Part shown: positions 48,649 through 62,396 of the stretch, in pieces
Layout of the letters: every line of letters starts with the position of its first letter
Numbering within the stretch: the first letter of the stretch is position 1
Source of the DNA: Antedon mediterranea
Lineage: Eukaryota; Animalia; Echinodermata
Length of the DNA: 64,000 nucleotides
Assembly: GCF_964355755.1 (NCBI RefSeq)
Contig: NC_092673.1
Span: 12,496,948 to 12,560,947 of the forward strand
Direction of reading: 5' to 3'
Translations under genes and position numbers: made by a program
The notes under the pieces: model-generated
The model's input: the letters and a program-made list of their open reading frames with translations, nothing else
Database searches by the model: none
Told to the model about the DNA's origin: nothing

Positions 48649-50817
48649 TGTGCACATGTTTTTTCATTCAAATTATTTTGGTTTGGGCCCGCTCGGTGGT
48701 CGGTAATTGTTAAAACTGATCTGCCGTGAGAATGATGGCTGCATTATTGTCAATATAATTTTTAGTCTATAGTTTGTTTATTTTGCACCTAGGCCTATTT
48801 AATTTTCGTTTGTTGTAAATTAATTATGTACCTAGGCCTAGGCTAGAACTTGTGGCATTTTGCCGTTGTATATGCGTGCGGCCGCGAGGGGTATATAATA
48901 TAGGCGAAAGGTGGTAGGAGTTTCTGTATTCTAATCTTTTAGATTTTAAGCAGTAGTAATGTAGTTGCAAAATTGTTGCTCATGTTTCGATCAACTAATA
49001 GATACTAGGTACACACTATAATTATCATAACAATACATCATAGACTACGTTCAGAACAATACCCCACGTTGATGTAACAATGGTGTTTATTAACCCTACA
49101 AACCACCCTACGATCGACGCGTAGATAATTATTATACAGGGCTGAGCTAACCCGCTTGCCCGACGCCCGGGACAAGTGCTTTTTACGTTCGGACAACAAT
49201 ATTAATAGGGCTCGCTTGTCCGTGGACAAGTTTTTCATAATATATAAAAACCCTTTTTTACAGTACGCCCAGGCCTAGAAAGTTCGACTTTTTCAATAGC
49301 TATTCATTCAACCACAATAAACGTAAACATGATATCTAACGATACCGCTGACATCATGATCCAGGTCTAACGCACGCACACACTATGCTCTAGCCAAAGG
49401 TCGTTGACTACTGATAAGCGGAGTCAAAACAATAAATGAAACGAAGCGAACATTGAGAGCACATGGTTTACAGATGGCTATACTATAGATAGGCGCATGC
49501 GCGATCGCTGCTGCTGGCAACTTTTGACAGCCAACTCAAAATCGATGTTTGTATTCATGCGCATTTTCGTTGAATTAAAAAGTCAGAATAAAAGTTAATT
49601 GAATATACTGCTTTACGGGTTTTTGTTTAATATATATTAATGAATATTTAATTAAGGACGGTAATTGTATACTGTAGATCCATTTTTGTTTGTACAAATG
49701 CGATGTTTTTTTAAATTTGATACAACAACAGAAACTCAGCGAAAAAACGCACATGGTCCTTCTCCTCCAAGCCCTTCCTAATTGCTAAGACTCGACCATT
49801 CTTTAAGGGGTGAACATTTACAGCAATGATTACAGTTGCTTACAGTTCTTTGATATTGACAAAATGACAAAACAATTTCATTAATGTTTATTTATTTTTT
49901 AAGGGAAATTATTTTTTATTACTAAATTCACAAAATAAAATAATATAAATATAATGCAAAACTGGCTTGGGGCCTATAAATGTAATCAATTATACTGTCC
50001 TCCCCCATCATGCACCGGGTCTCATTTCAAAAAAGTTTTTAATGAAAAGTGTGGAATAAATTGTAATGAGTTTATTTCGATTTGGATTTACCGGGGGTCG
50101 GCCTAGGTCTAATGCTGATGAAGAAAGGGCAGTAGTAGGGGATAATGAAGCAGAGGGCATACGTCAAAGACACGGGGAAAAAGATCGTCGTTACGATAGA
50201 GAAAAGCGACAGCAAAACTTCCAGAGGCATTGGCTGACAATGTTCCCGTGGCTGAGTTACGATGAAGAGAAAATGTTTTGTCTCGTCTGTCTAGCGCATC
50301 CAGTTACAGCGAGTACAGCTGGATTTGAAAAAAGAAATGCGTTTCTCGATGGATGTACCTCTTTGCAGATTGACACATTACGGGCTCATGTCCACTGCAA
50401 GAGCCACATTGAGTGCCAAGCACTTGTTGATAGGTAAGCTATTTATAAGTATTGTTATGTAAAAAGTTTTCTTCTTTGTAACTAACTAAGGGTGTGATGT
50501 ACAAGTCACGTCTCTGCTTTGATCGTAGGAATTTTATCCCCGTAAAAGTAAATTTAGTTTTCTTGACGACCGCTTGACATACAAAAAAAAAACACCGCCG
50601 CACAGTTTGTTTTACAGAGGATTCCCCAACCTAGGCCTAGATTCCAATAATATACAAGGACGTTTTTACATACTTCAGATATAACCTACAGTTTTGGCCT
50701 TTATGCCAATATAATAGTACAGTAGGAAATTTACTAACAGTGTTCTTGCACACATTTCATTTTTAACGTTCTCAATGAATGTGTCTACATTTTTATTCAG
50801 TATTTTAACATTAACAA

Positions 50818-52849
50818 TAGGTATCCCAATGTAAAAATTCAAATTAATGATGGTACTTTTTCTTTCAGTTAATCAGAAGGAACTTACTGAACATAAACTT
50901 TTGCAATTTAAATGATTGAAATCGGATTATCCATTCAAAAGTTATGGTCCGTTAAAGTGCCCAAAAAACAGTGATTTTTGCTTGAAAAATGGCACTTTTT
51001 CTAATTATATTTGAACCCATTTTTGAAGGGTTATAACTTTTATACTAATAATTTTAAAGTTCTTATTTTTTCCAAACCCATAGATACAACAGAGTTGTAC
51101 AAGAATATTTTTTTTTTGGGTGTCCTCGACATTTTTTTTTTTAGATATCGCCCTCCAAAATTCGTCCGAGGGCTTTTTACGCGTGATTTTCCCAATGTCT
51201 CAAAAATGCCCAAAAAGTTCCTGTCTTTAAATGATTCATAACTTTTGAACCAATGTGTGAATTAACTTCTTTTTTTTTGCATTGCATAAAATGTAATATG
51301 TATTTTAGTAAGGTTATTTATATTGACAGGTAGGTAATTCTGAAATACAACATAAAATATTGTTAAAAAATGTTAAAATGTGAAAAAAAAAAATATTGCG
51401 TTAAAAAACTGTGTGGGTAATGTATTGTTTCTTTTCATTAAATATTATTTTTCGTAAGTATACATTTTTTTAATAATTCTAGTATTTAAAGTTATATTTA
51501 TAATCATATATTATTTTAATTGATTTTCGAACCGCCAAAAATAAGAATTAAGCCCGTGCTTATTATGTGTTCGATTCCATTTGGAGCGCCGGGCCGAACG
51601 TAGACTCGGCCGCGCCTACTACAAGTTAAGTTATATAGGCCCCTAGCTAAGGTCTAAATAAAAGCCTGACGAAAATTCTGCCTAAGAAATATCGGGAAGA
51701 AATTTTTTATTTAACAAAGTAATTACCTCAATGGTATAATTGTAACATGTTGAATTTTATTTCCCTTTCGATAATTCTAACCGAAAGTTGCCCTTTGAAT
51801 TGAAATATACGGAATAAAATTTAGGCCTAGAAAACAGCGTAGACATACAACGGCAACACAGGCCAAAGCGCGTTTCGGCCGCCTACATAGAATGGCTTAC
51901 GGCCGCTGCATAGCAAAATCAAAGCTTCTTAAATTTCTTCGGTACATTTCTTCCTAACGTACTTGCTTTATATAGTAGATTTATAAATAAAGTCCACTTA
52001 TTAAATAATTTAATAAATCGGTAAAATTGACGTTTCGAAGCAAATATTCCATGAGAGGCGACATTTTTCGACATGCCTCGTGTGCGGCGAAGACTAGTTC
52101 AGAAAATGGAACAGTCCACTGCAGGGGTTATCCAATCATTAATTAACGCGCTAATACATGCATACCATGCACATTGTCTGGGCGACGGTAATTTAGTAAT
52201 AAGCGGAGAACTGAATCCCCCCCGTAAGGAAAATGGTAAACACTGATATTTATGGTAGGGATTATTTTTTTCAGTGGTTGGTCTTGTTGGCCTCTTCGCA
52301 CGAGGTCCACGCAAAGTCAAATAAAACGATGTGGTTTATCAAACAGAAATATAAATTAGCTTCAATTCAATACTAAATTAGCCAGATTTTGATAATGAGA
52401 AAGACTAAAAAATTCAATTTTTATCGTTAAAATTGACATTTGAGGCGGATGTACATAATAATAATAACCGATTTACATATCAAAATAAAGAGTATTTAAA
52501 GCCTGATAACATGCAACAAAAATTACTCCACCACCTATTATGGACCTCGTGCGATCGTGTTTTGAAAATGGGTAGGTGTTTTCCAAAGTTATTTTTAGCG
52601 CGCGGATTTCGGCTCGCCGGCTTTTGTACCTCATTTTTAACTCGCGTTTTCTATTAAAATATTTAATAAACATAGATTAAAAATATATGAAAATAATCCC
52701 TTAAACAAGATCTTTCCAGACATATAATTTTTATTCACATGTGTATATAAGAAATAGTATATTTTTAACTTCAAAGACACGTCACTTTTTGAAATTTCAC
52801 GAACGTGTTAAAATCGCGGTAACGAAAATCCGCTTCATTGGGATACCTA
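50818..52849. mobile_element. Non-autonomous DNA transposon with a 7-bp TSD in the first hAT intron
   Basis: ttaacaa|taggtatcccaatg ... cattgggataccta|ttaacaa. Confidence 0.85.
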
Positions 52850-54382
52850 TTAACAATTAATTATTAATTAATGTTTTTAAATACATTTTTAGACTATTGC
52901 ACTGTATTTTTGTTTTTACTTATTTTTGTATATATAGAGAAACACATGGACATCAGCGTGCAGAGAAAGTTGCCGATGATGCCCCAATTATGAAGGCCAT
53001 GCGAGCATTAAACGAAGAATCAAAAAATCGTATGAAGACACTGTTCAATATTGTCTACATGTTGGCAGCGAATGCTAAGCCACTTAGTGACATGGAGTTA
53101 CAATGTGAATTAATGAAAAAGGTTGGGGTTGATATTGGCACAAATTATGGGAATAGATTAAAAGCAAGGGAGTTTGTTCATGCAATTGCCGAGGCCATGC
53201 GCTGTGATTTAAAGATGATGATCCAACAAGTCAACTTTATAACAATTATGGCCGATGGTAGCACTGACAGAACTGTGGTTGAACAGGAAACTGTTATGAT
53301 TTGACTAGTATCAAAGGGCCATCCGGTTACAATTTTAGCAGACCTTGTTCCACTAAAACATGCTCACGCCGAAAGAGTGTTGGCAGGTATAGTTGCGGGT
53401 CTTGGACGACTTAGTCTGGACATGGAAACGCTATCCGATTCAACCAAACCTGGACCTACAGCAGTGGCAGCCAATTTTGACGGTGCAGCTGTAATGATGG
53501 GCCGACAGTCTGGTGTAGCTACAAGAATTCAGCAGTCAATGCCTGCTGTGATACCAGTTCACTGTGTGGCACACAAACTTGAACTGGCAGTGCTGGACAC
53601 AGTGAAACACAACCCAGCAATCGGAGAATTTGAGCGAGTAATTAAGTGGTTGTATAAATTTTACAACAAATTTAATGCGAAGAACCGGAGGGATGTTAAG
53701 GCAGTAGCAGAAATCTTAAACACTAAATTTGTTCATCTGCCACAAATTAAAGATGTATGTACTAGTTGTTATGATTTGATACAATATTCTTTTAATTCTA
53801 ATTCAAAATAAATGAATCTAAAAACTGTATTAATTTGTTAAAACAATACTTGTCCTGATTTCATTTAAATATCAAAGGCAATTGTATCTTTCAGGTGCGT
53901 TGGTTGTCTAGCCAACAAAGGGCAAATGTTGCCACAGGTAATAGTGAGAAGAAGTTGCCACTGGTAATAGTGAGAAGTGTCAAATTTCTTAAGATGCTCC
54001 ATTTAATGATTGATATACTGGATCCACTTTCACAACTTTCTAAGGTAATCATACTTATAAATGGGAGCAACTTTATTCTACAACAGTATTCAAAATTGCA
54101 TTTATTTTTACTAAAAATAGTTTAGTTAATGATTAATTAATTTTAATTTGTTTTGTTGCAGTTTTTTCTGATGACCAGCTTGTTTTCCAAGTAACTCCAG
54201 CAATTGAGGCCTGTGCGATGAGACTTATTCAATTAAAAGAGACCAATGGAAAAAATGTGGAAGAGTGGATCACAAATTATAATGTAGAAGAGAAGTCATT
54301 CCTGGCACATGGAACTTTTGCTGTGATGCTCCATGGACAGTGTCGCCCAACTGATTATAAAGATTACACAAACCAACAGTGG

Positions 54383-54925
54383 TGTTGGTAGTCTATGAGT
54401 GCCGCTTACCTGGATAAACCAACATAAGCCTCTCTCTCCGACGAGAGGTAAACATTATGAAAAGAAGAACATTAATAACATTAATTTTCCCGCACCCCAG
54501 TGGGATAATGGATCAGTCCGCCACCAGTACGCCCTCAAGTGAGACACGCCCACTTATTATTGTCATCATTTCTTTTCGTAACTCGTTGTGTACGAACGTC
54601 TTTTGAATACATTTCTGGAATTCCTGAGGAATTAACGATAAGGACTTACAGTAGACAGTAGAAGAGAAGAATAGAAAGAAAACGAAGCCAAGTGTAGTAT
54701 CACATTACGTGTAGTACTTAGCAGATAGATCGTTATCTTGTAATTGATACGTTTGAAATCGTTCCCCTTGGCTAGTTGCCAAGAGTTAAAACTAATAGCG
54801 TTGCAAGCCATTATCCAGGGTGTACCACCTGGATAGAAATACTGGAAGGGCTTTGTGGTTTCGTTAGGCTAGTGGGTAGGAGTAGGTCTGCTAGTTCACC
54901 ATGCCTAAGCAGGAGTGTGTTAACA
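54383..54925. mobile_element. Probable solo LTR (543 bp) inside a hAT exon
   Basis: tgtt...aaca termini; flanks gtgg/gcag; hAT coding resumes after it (AATTKLIDDILEYLDAR). Confidence 0.55.
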
Positions 54926-55447
54926 GCAGCGACAACAAAGCTTATTGATGATATTTTAGAGTATCTAGATGCAAGGTTTGTGAAAGCATGAGCAAACATG
55001 GGACTATTTAGGTTGAAATTTAAAATCTATAAAATTACATTTTTATTTTAAAATAATACAATTAATAAATGATTTTTCTCTTCTTTTAGATTTGGTAACT
55101 TTTGCAGGCAGCCATTGAAATCTTTTAATTTGTTTAACTTTAGAAGGTGGCCAGACACACGTGCTGAGTTGGCTGCTTTTGGGGTTGAAGAACTAAAAAC
55201 CATATTACATCATTACCAACATATCATCTCGGAGGAAGAGCAACAGTCAGCTGTTGATCAGTTTTTTCTTTTCAAGGCACACATTAATGCAACATATACT
55301 GTAAGCAGAAAGTTCAACTTGATGTCTACACCCAATTGCTACTGGATGCCCCACCTGCCTTTTCATGTATTCTCAAAGTTGTGGAGCTCATGCTCAGTAT
55401 AAGTTTCAACTGCATCGTGTGAGCGAACCTTCTCTACAATGAATCTA

Positions 55448-56566
55448 CAGTGGCGGATCTAGGATCTGACGAGGGGGGGTGGCCACGAAAGTGGCAAACG
55501 AGGTGCGTAGCACCGAGCGGGGGAGGGTTTGGGAGGGGGTGTCCCCCTCCCGAGGCTCCGAAAATTTTTGAAAAAATAGATGCTTACACACTGTTTAATA
55601 GGCTAGAGAAACTGTTTCCATCACACTTAATAACAAATATTACATAATGTAAAGTTAAATACATCCTTCCTAAATACTGTACGGATCTTTTTCGACGAAC
55701 TAATAATAAACTTTGATCGAAAAACCTTCAAACAAAATGAACATTTTGGTAATGCGGTACTCCGAAAATGCCTCGATAGAGTGCATGTGTTATGTACCGT
55801 GTTTTGGTGGTCTGTTAACCTCAGAGATATATACCCTACAGCCGGGTGAATAACTCAATGTAATTTGGTATACAATGATCGCAGTAATCGCCGTGTCTAT
55901 AACACAAATAAAAAAAACGCCAAATACGCCACATACTTTTTTCGGCCGTCCCGTGTACATACAAGACATTTCATGTTTATTTTATGCCTATAAAATAATA
56001 AAAGAACACCATGTTTCTCGTTTATTTTTATCGTTTATACTGCATACCATAATATTATACAAAAAACTTTCATGCGCGAGAAAAAAGTTCCCGATATTAC
56101 ACTCCACTCAGGGGTGTAAATATACCACGCTAACGCTTTGTGCACACACGGACCAGGGCGGCGGAAATTAACTGCAATGGAAAATGGTGTATTTTGGAGA
56201 GTGATGACGTCAGCATTCACACGAGGAGAGCGAGCTTGACAACGTGACGCTGGTAGTTTTAGGAGTGCGTGTGTTTTGAAAATGGGTATTTTCCGAAGAT
56301 TGTAAATCGTGTTTTCTTTTTAAACTCTTGAATTCATAATAGTAATTAAACTCTTAGCTCTTTCACTGTGTAGGCCTATTTACACACAACTATTAATGCT
56401 AACCCTAGCTCTAGTAGGGCCTAGCTAGGCCTACTCTTCTTAATTAAAAGATTAATCCACGTCTAGCGACGGTCAATCGCGATTAGGTTGCATCTTTTTT
56501 TTTTTTTTTTTGAGAATTAAGGGGGGTGGCTAGCCACCCTATTCACCCCCCCTAGATCCGCCACTG
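55448..56566. mobile_element. hAT-type MITE with a 5-bp TSD in the hAT dimerization domain
   Basis: atcta|cagtggcggatctagg ... cctagatccgccactg|atcta; removal restores MNL-LKTAQR. Confidence 0.92.
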
Positions 56567-58833
56567 ATCTACTAAAAACAGCACAAAGATTGATTGAAGC
56601 AAGACATTATGCAAGATTTGATCCTTGTTCAAATCGATGGACGGAGCATCACCGATTTTGACACAGAGACTGCCATTAACCAATGGTTGACATCAGGAGG
56701 CACCCGATGGCACCTGCAATAAATGTGCTCTACTCAGAGATTTTAAATATTTTTGTTAGGCCTACATATCAGTTTATTAAAATTACAATTCCCTCATAAT
56801 AAATCCATTTGTTTTTAATATTATCAGTTAAACATATAATATGAAAACATTTTAATAAAGATCAAAATGTTAAATCATGACTCTCCTGTCATTATTTGGA
56901 GTTCATTGTTGTCGTGTAATATCGAGTATTTTATGTATTGCGCAATAATAGCGGGACAAGTATATTTTTCTATCGGACAAGTGAATATTTCAAAGGTACT
57001 TGACCTGGGACAAGTGAAAAAAAATGAAATTCCCTCAGCCCTGTTATAACAATACATCGTAGGCTACGAACATTACATTGTAAGAGAGAACAATACATCG
57101 TAGGAGAGAACAATACATCGTAGGCTACCGAATACTGTGGAAACAGCGATAGTATCAAAAATATTAAACTGTATGGAAATAAATGTATGATAGGTACGGT
57201 ATAGTATGTGGTCTTGTATTATAGTGGCAATCACTTCATTTCAACATACAGTACAACTAAAATTAGATGTCGAGAGATTTTGGAAACAGTACTGGAAAGA
57301 AAATAAATAAATATTTTCATAGTAAGATTTTGGAATATTAATATAAACTTTCACACATGCGCCCTCGTTCATATTAATTTCTTTGCTGGCATCCACACGT
57401 GTTGGAAGAAAGAGACGAAGGCTGACGTGGTTTCTTAAATTTTGTTTTTGTACTAATACTTTAATATAATTCATCATGAGAAGGGATGACATTCAACTAA
57501 ACGCTAGAATTTATCGGGGATCTAGTACTTGAGCGCTAAATATTCTTTGGTACGCGTATACGATTCATCGCCGACAAAATCGGTTGAAGTTGAACATGGT
57601 TGAACTTTGCCGATTTGACTGCGATGAATTGGGGAGCCTTCCAGATTGCATCGGCGACATCTGCGCGTGTAGCGATTTTAATGGAAACGCTGTAGCGATT
57701 TTAATGGAAACCAGGCTTAAAGGAATATTTTAAAAATATCTCCTGGTTTCCTGATTAGACTGTTTTAGTGAAAAACAAACGACAAACAGGATAAAATCAT
57801 TAAAACGTAAAGCAAAAGCGTTCACATTAAACAGTATGTGTTTTTTACTTGTTTAATTTAATATAAGTTAGACCACTTTGCATTGTTGATTAAACAATAC
57901 AAGAACAGTAATAATATTAGTTGAACGTTCACCAAAATTACTGGGCTTGCACGTGGCAAAAAAACAAAGCCACAATAAAGAGTTACGCAATGACTGACAG
58001 AAGCCATTTTTGTCTTAAATAATTCACGCGCGTGTGTTTGTTATTTCGTATAGCGTTTTCCTGTAGTTCATGCATTATTTCTATATTTGTTTGTCTATGA
58101 AATAACGCTTCGATTCCGTTTTTATTTATATCCCAATAAAGACACTTTTAATTTGATTTGATTTCGTATAATAGATTAACGGTCGATTTTACATTTTTAA
58201 ACAAAATCTATCTGCATGCGAAATATTTTTTGAATTCTTTTGTTGTACATAGCCTATAGTTTCAACCTGTTTTATGTTTTAGCAACACAATGTGGTACAC
58301 ACATAGGAATGAAATAACAAAAAAGTTCTTATGACTCAAGAAGAGGTGTCAGGCGTGCTAAAAGAGGTGCATGGCAGATGAGGAAGGTGGGCCACATATA
58401 GGATTTCATCATGCACTTAAAAACATTAGCAGTAGATTCTACTGGTTGTCTATTACAAAGGATGATAATGAATTAGTAAATATATATATATATATATATA
58501 TATACTGTTGGATATTGTAATTTGAAGAGAAAAATTAAAACAGAATTGTAATATGACATGCGCTTTTATTTATTAACATTATAGATCACTTCATGTCATT
58601 CATGCCAGAAGACCACTAAACTGACAACAGTTGTGCCAGAATTAAAACCTATAGTTGTAAGTACTATTGAAATTTATACAATTATACGGTTCTGTTTTTT
58701 CAATTAGAGAATTTTTCACAAAAAAACATATTCTGTTTAGTACTCTTTTTGAATTATTGTCAATATCAATTACCAATATCTTATTCACTTATTGAAATGA
58801 TAGGTTGAGGAAGCAATGAAGGGTTGGGGGATA

Positions 58834-59261
58834 GACCTGTTTGGGCCAATGCCTACAACCGAACATGGTAACAAATATGTTGTCACGTCGACAGACCTGT
58901 TTGGACCAATGCCTATAACCGAACATGGTAACAAATATGTTTTCACGTCGACAGACCTGTTTGGGCCAATGCCTACAACCGAACATGGTAACAAATATGT
59001 TGTCATGTCGACAGACCTGTTTGGGCCAATGCCGACAACCGAACATGGTAACAAATATGTTGTCACGTCGACAGACCTGTTTGGGCCAATGCCTACAACC
59101 GAACATGGTAAAAATATGTTGTCACGTCGACAGACCTGTTTGGGCCAATGCCTACAACTGAACATGGTAACAAATATGTTGTCACGTCGACAGACCTGTT
59201 TGGGCCAATGCCTACAACTGAACATGGTAACAAATATGTTGTCACGTCGACAAACCTGTTT
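58834..59261 (+). repeat. 7 x 60-bp coding tandem repeat (DLFGPMPTTEHGNKYVVTST)
   Basis: Units at 58834, 58894, 58954, 59014, 59074 (1-bp deletion), 59133, 59193. Confidence 0.97.
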
Positions 59262-60351
59262 ACGAAATGGACAGAAGCAGGGCCAGTTAAAGATAAATCA
59301 GCAAAATATGTATTTAAGGCCATTGAAAAATGGTACTACTGGCCTGGCGCTCCGGAAAGGATAATTACAGACCAGGGGAAAGAATTTAACAACAAGGTTC
59401 GTTTCATATGCCTTATTACCTGTTTATAAAGTAACGAAGTAAAAAATTAAAATTCTGTAATTATCCAGTAACATTATTTTTTAAATATAGCATTTCATTA
59501 TTTATAGTCTTCATTGTTAGCGAGAACAAATCTCGGTTAACAAAGGAGTACTAATCAGTTTTAATTATTACAGTTGCTGAATGACCTGTTGTTCCAAAAA
59601 TAGCAAGTTAAGAACTCAGTCACAGCAGCGTACCATCCACAAACAAATGGCCAGGACGAACGAAAGTTTAAAGCGGACGTTGACGAAGGCAAGTAACAAT
59701 AATCATCATCCTCATCGCCCTTAATTTTCAGTTCTGTAATGACCAGCAATAGGACTGGGATGATCATCTGGACAAAGCATTGTGGGCACTAAGGTGCAGT
59801 TTAATGAGTCGACAAAAATGTCCCCGTACTTGTTAATGTTCGGTCGCGAACTCTGTTTTTTTTTCCGAAATACGCAATGAGGATAGGCCTACTACTGATG
59901 TCATTGTAAATCTTTGTTCCAACCACCTAGAATGGCTGAGGAAACAAAAACCGGAGCTAAGCAAAATTGTAATTAACATTTTTTAAATTAATAATCAAAT
60001 ATTTTTAATGGTTTCACCATACTGTTAGATGAAAGTATGTATTTTTTTCTTTTTACAGGCAAACACAAACAACAAAGTTGCGAGAGAAAAAACAGAAGAA
60101 GCAATACCAGAAAAGGATGAGTAAAAAAATTTAAACAATTGAGTACACAAAAGGAATGAAAGTTTTGAAATTAAATAGCAAAAGAATTCACAGAAAAAGT
60201 CCTGCCTTACAACCAAAGTGGATTGGACCATTTACAATAGTGGAGATTCTAACAAAACCTGCCCATTTAACAAAGAATGGGAAAAAAATAAATGCTCTTT
60301 AGCACATATCAGGCCTTATGTTAGAAGAGCGTTTGATACAGGTATTTAATA

Positions 60352-60930
60352 TGTATACGTCAATTTACTATATAACATTTATTGTGCAAAAATTGCAGTT
60401 AGTAAATGTCGCCAATGAAGACCAGGAAAGATTATTCATTTTATAACAGTGTATACTTTTGTGTTGTGATGTTTTTTTTATCCTCACATTTGCAGATACA
60501 GGCGATATGACTACTATTAACGAAACCGTCTCTAATGTCTCAGAAGAGGAGGATGTTTTTATAGGAGATGGTAGGAATATATATATATATATAATTTTCG
60601 TTAATATAGTCATTGATTTAAATTAAATTTACAGCGTATTATTAATACACACAAATCTACATACGTCAATTTAAAAACTTACTATTTATAACAATTATTG
60701 TGCAAAAATTGCAGTTAGTGAATGTCGCCAATGAAGAGTAAGTAAAGATTATTCATTTTATAACAGTGTATACTTTTTGTGTTGTGATGTTTTTTTTATC
60801 CTCAAATTTGCAGATACAAGCGATATGACTACTATTAATGAAACCGTCTCTATGTCCCAGAAGAGGAGGATGTTTTTATACAGCCAGGAGCTGGTAGGAA
60901 TATGTAATACTTTTATAGTCATCTGTTTAA
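60352..60930 (+). repeat. ~305-bp tandem duplication containing a small exon
   Basis: ttgcag|ataca(g/a)gcgatatgactactatta...cagaagaggaggatgtttttata at ~60497 and ~60814, with duplicated intron flanks. Confidence 0.85.
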
Positions 60931-61783
60931 ATTAACAGTACGGTAGGCCTACACAGGGTGTTCTACTACCCACCAATCCACTACAATGTATATTTTTGCA
61001 TACATTTTTTTATCCTCACATTTACAGATTCTGATGATAGGCCTAAAAAAAGAGAGATTGCCCAAATTTTAGTGAGCTTGCATGAAGGTAAGAAGGTAAA
61101 ATATAAAAAAACGTAGACCTATTATAAATAATTGCTACACTGTTTTAATAATGTTGTAACAGTTAATATTAAGGTAGGCTCTTTTAATCTTAACTGAGCA
61201 CACGCAGTATGATGTTTTATTGTTTTCTGCAAGTATCATTATTTCTCTCATAAACATCGTCAATCCTCATTTGGTGGCGGGTGGGGAAGGGGGAGAGGAT
61301 GGTTGTATAATATACTGTATATAGACTGACACGGTAACTTTTCAAAGCGTAAGACAAACCTTTTCATTTTTGTTTTATTTTAAAGGTCTTAATACCATTT
61401 TACCACGTCCAATTGTCCACTTACTCCCAGAAAAATGGACAGAGGAAATGAATGGTATGTATGTCTTGTCTGTATAGTTTCTAAACCTACCTTTTACTGG
61501 TAACTGTATTTATAACAAAAAATATAACCGTAACTTTAGAGAGGTAAATGAATAATACTTGTTCTCTGTAAAAATGTGATTTACAAATGTATTCAATGGC
61601 CGTAAACATTTAAATTACCACCTTTACAAACATTATGTCTTTATCGCTATGCTTTCGCCTTTTTTCATAACAATGCATTTAGATTGATATAATGTTATGT
61701 ACTTTAAAAAGAGAAATAATTTAGTTTAGGTAACCTTTGACTGCAAATTAATGCTCTTGTCTAATTATTAATAATTATTTAAG

Positions 61784-62396
61784 CATACGTCGCTGAATCT
61801 TTGACACTGTTAGATGCATTAAATGAGTCGATGGAAATGTCTCATAACCAAGAACAGAGGTACAACTTGTTGCTTCAAAAATTACACAATGCCGAACTTC
61901 AGTTATGTGACCCTCCAACACCTGGAGATGGAAACTGCTTGTACCATACCCTTGCACATGAGTACAACACTGTGTTAAATTGGCATGGAATAACGCAAGC
62001 AGACATACGAAATGCAGTTGCCAATTTCCTCATAGAACATTATAGGGAAGAATGGGAGGTGTGGAATTATGTTATTATAATATAACTAATATATTTATTA
62101 ATTAAATATGTTCATTAAAAACAACATTAGCTTAATCACAAAACACTACAGCACTAACACTAAAACAGTATCTAACATCAAATTCTGAATCCAATTCAAT
62201 TTTGGTTTATTATATTTTGTGCTTTTACCCCTTTTAAATAGGAAAGAGCAGCACATGACATTCATGATTTAAACATAAGCTGGGATTCATATTTAAAAGA
62301 GTGCAAACTCCTGGTGTATGGGGTGATCAGATTGCATTAACAGCTGCAGCCTGGATGCTTCAGACAAACATTGAAATAGTTTCAGCCAAAAATGTA
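61784..62396 (+). pseudogene. OTU-family cysteine protease (deubiquitinase-like) domain, two exons
   Basis: TPGDGNCLYHTLA...IRNAVANFLIEH; WDSYLKRVQTPGVWGDQIALTAAAWMLQTNIEIVS. Confidence 0.85.

Larger units (their letters stand above)
50066..56722 (+). pseudogene. Intron-containing hAT transposase (ZNF862-like, TTF-type zinc finger), disrupted
   Basis: FQRHWLTMFPWL..MFCLVC; IMADGSTD; FDGAAVMMG; VHCVAHKLELAV; RWLS; STASCERTFSTMNLLKT. Confidence 0.88.
49137..57043 (+). mobile_element. hAT DNA transposon with a 5-bp TSD (hAT5-like)
   Basis: ttata|cagggctgag ... ctcagccctg|ttata; subterminal ggacaag repeats at both ends; hAT transposase relic inside. Confidence 0.88.

Noticed and set aside
48436-48729. 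Poly-Pro, poly-Ser and poly-Arg ORFs
   Set aside because: Translations of a (CCG)n(GAG)n microsatellite.
57560-57720. MITE-like end (…aatggaaaccaggctt) with a 22-bp direct repeat
   Set aside because: No partner TIR found, so an element cannot be delimited.
58834-59261. CRISPR-like array of regular repeats
   Set aside because: No unique spacers; the whole 60-bp unit repeats and encodes integrase sequence. No cas genes; eukaryotic context.
58283-60341. Host GIN1 gene or Gypsy pol
   Set aside because: Multiple stops and frameshifts argue against a functional host gene; introns and the lack of RT/LTR argue against a retrotransposon.
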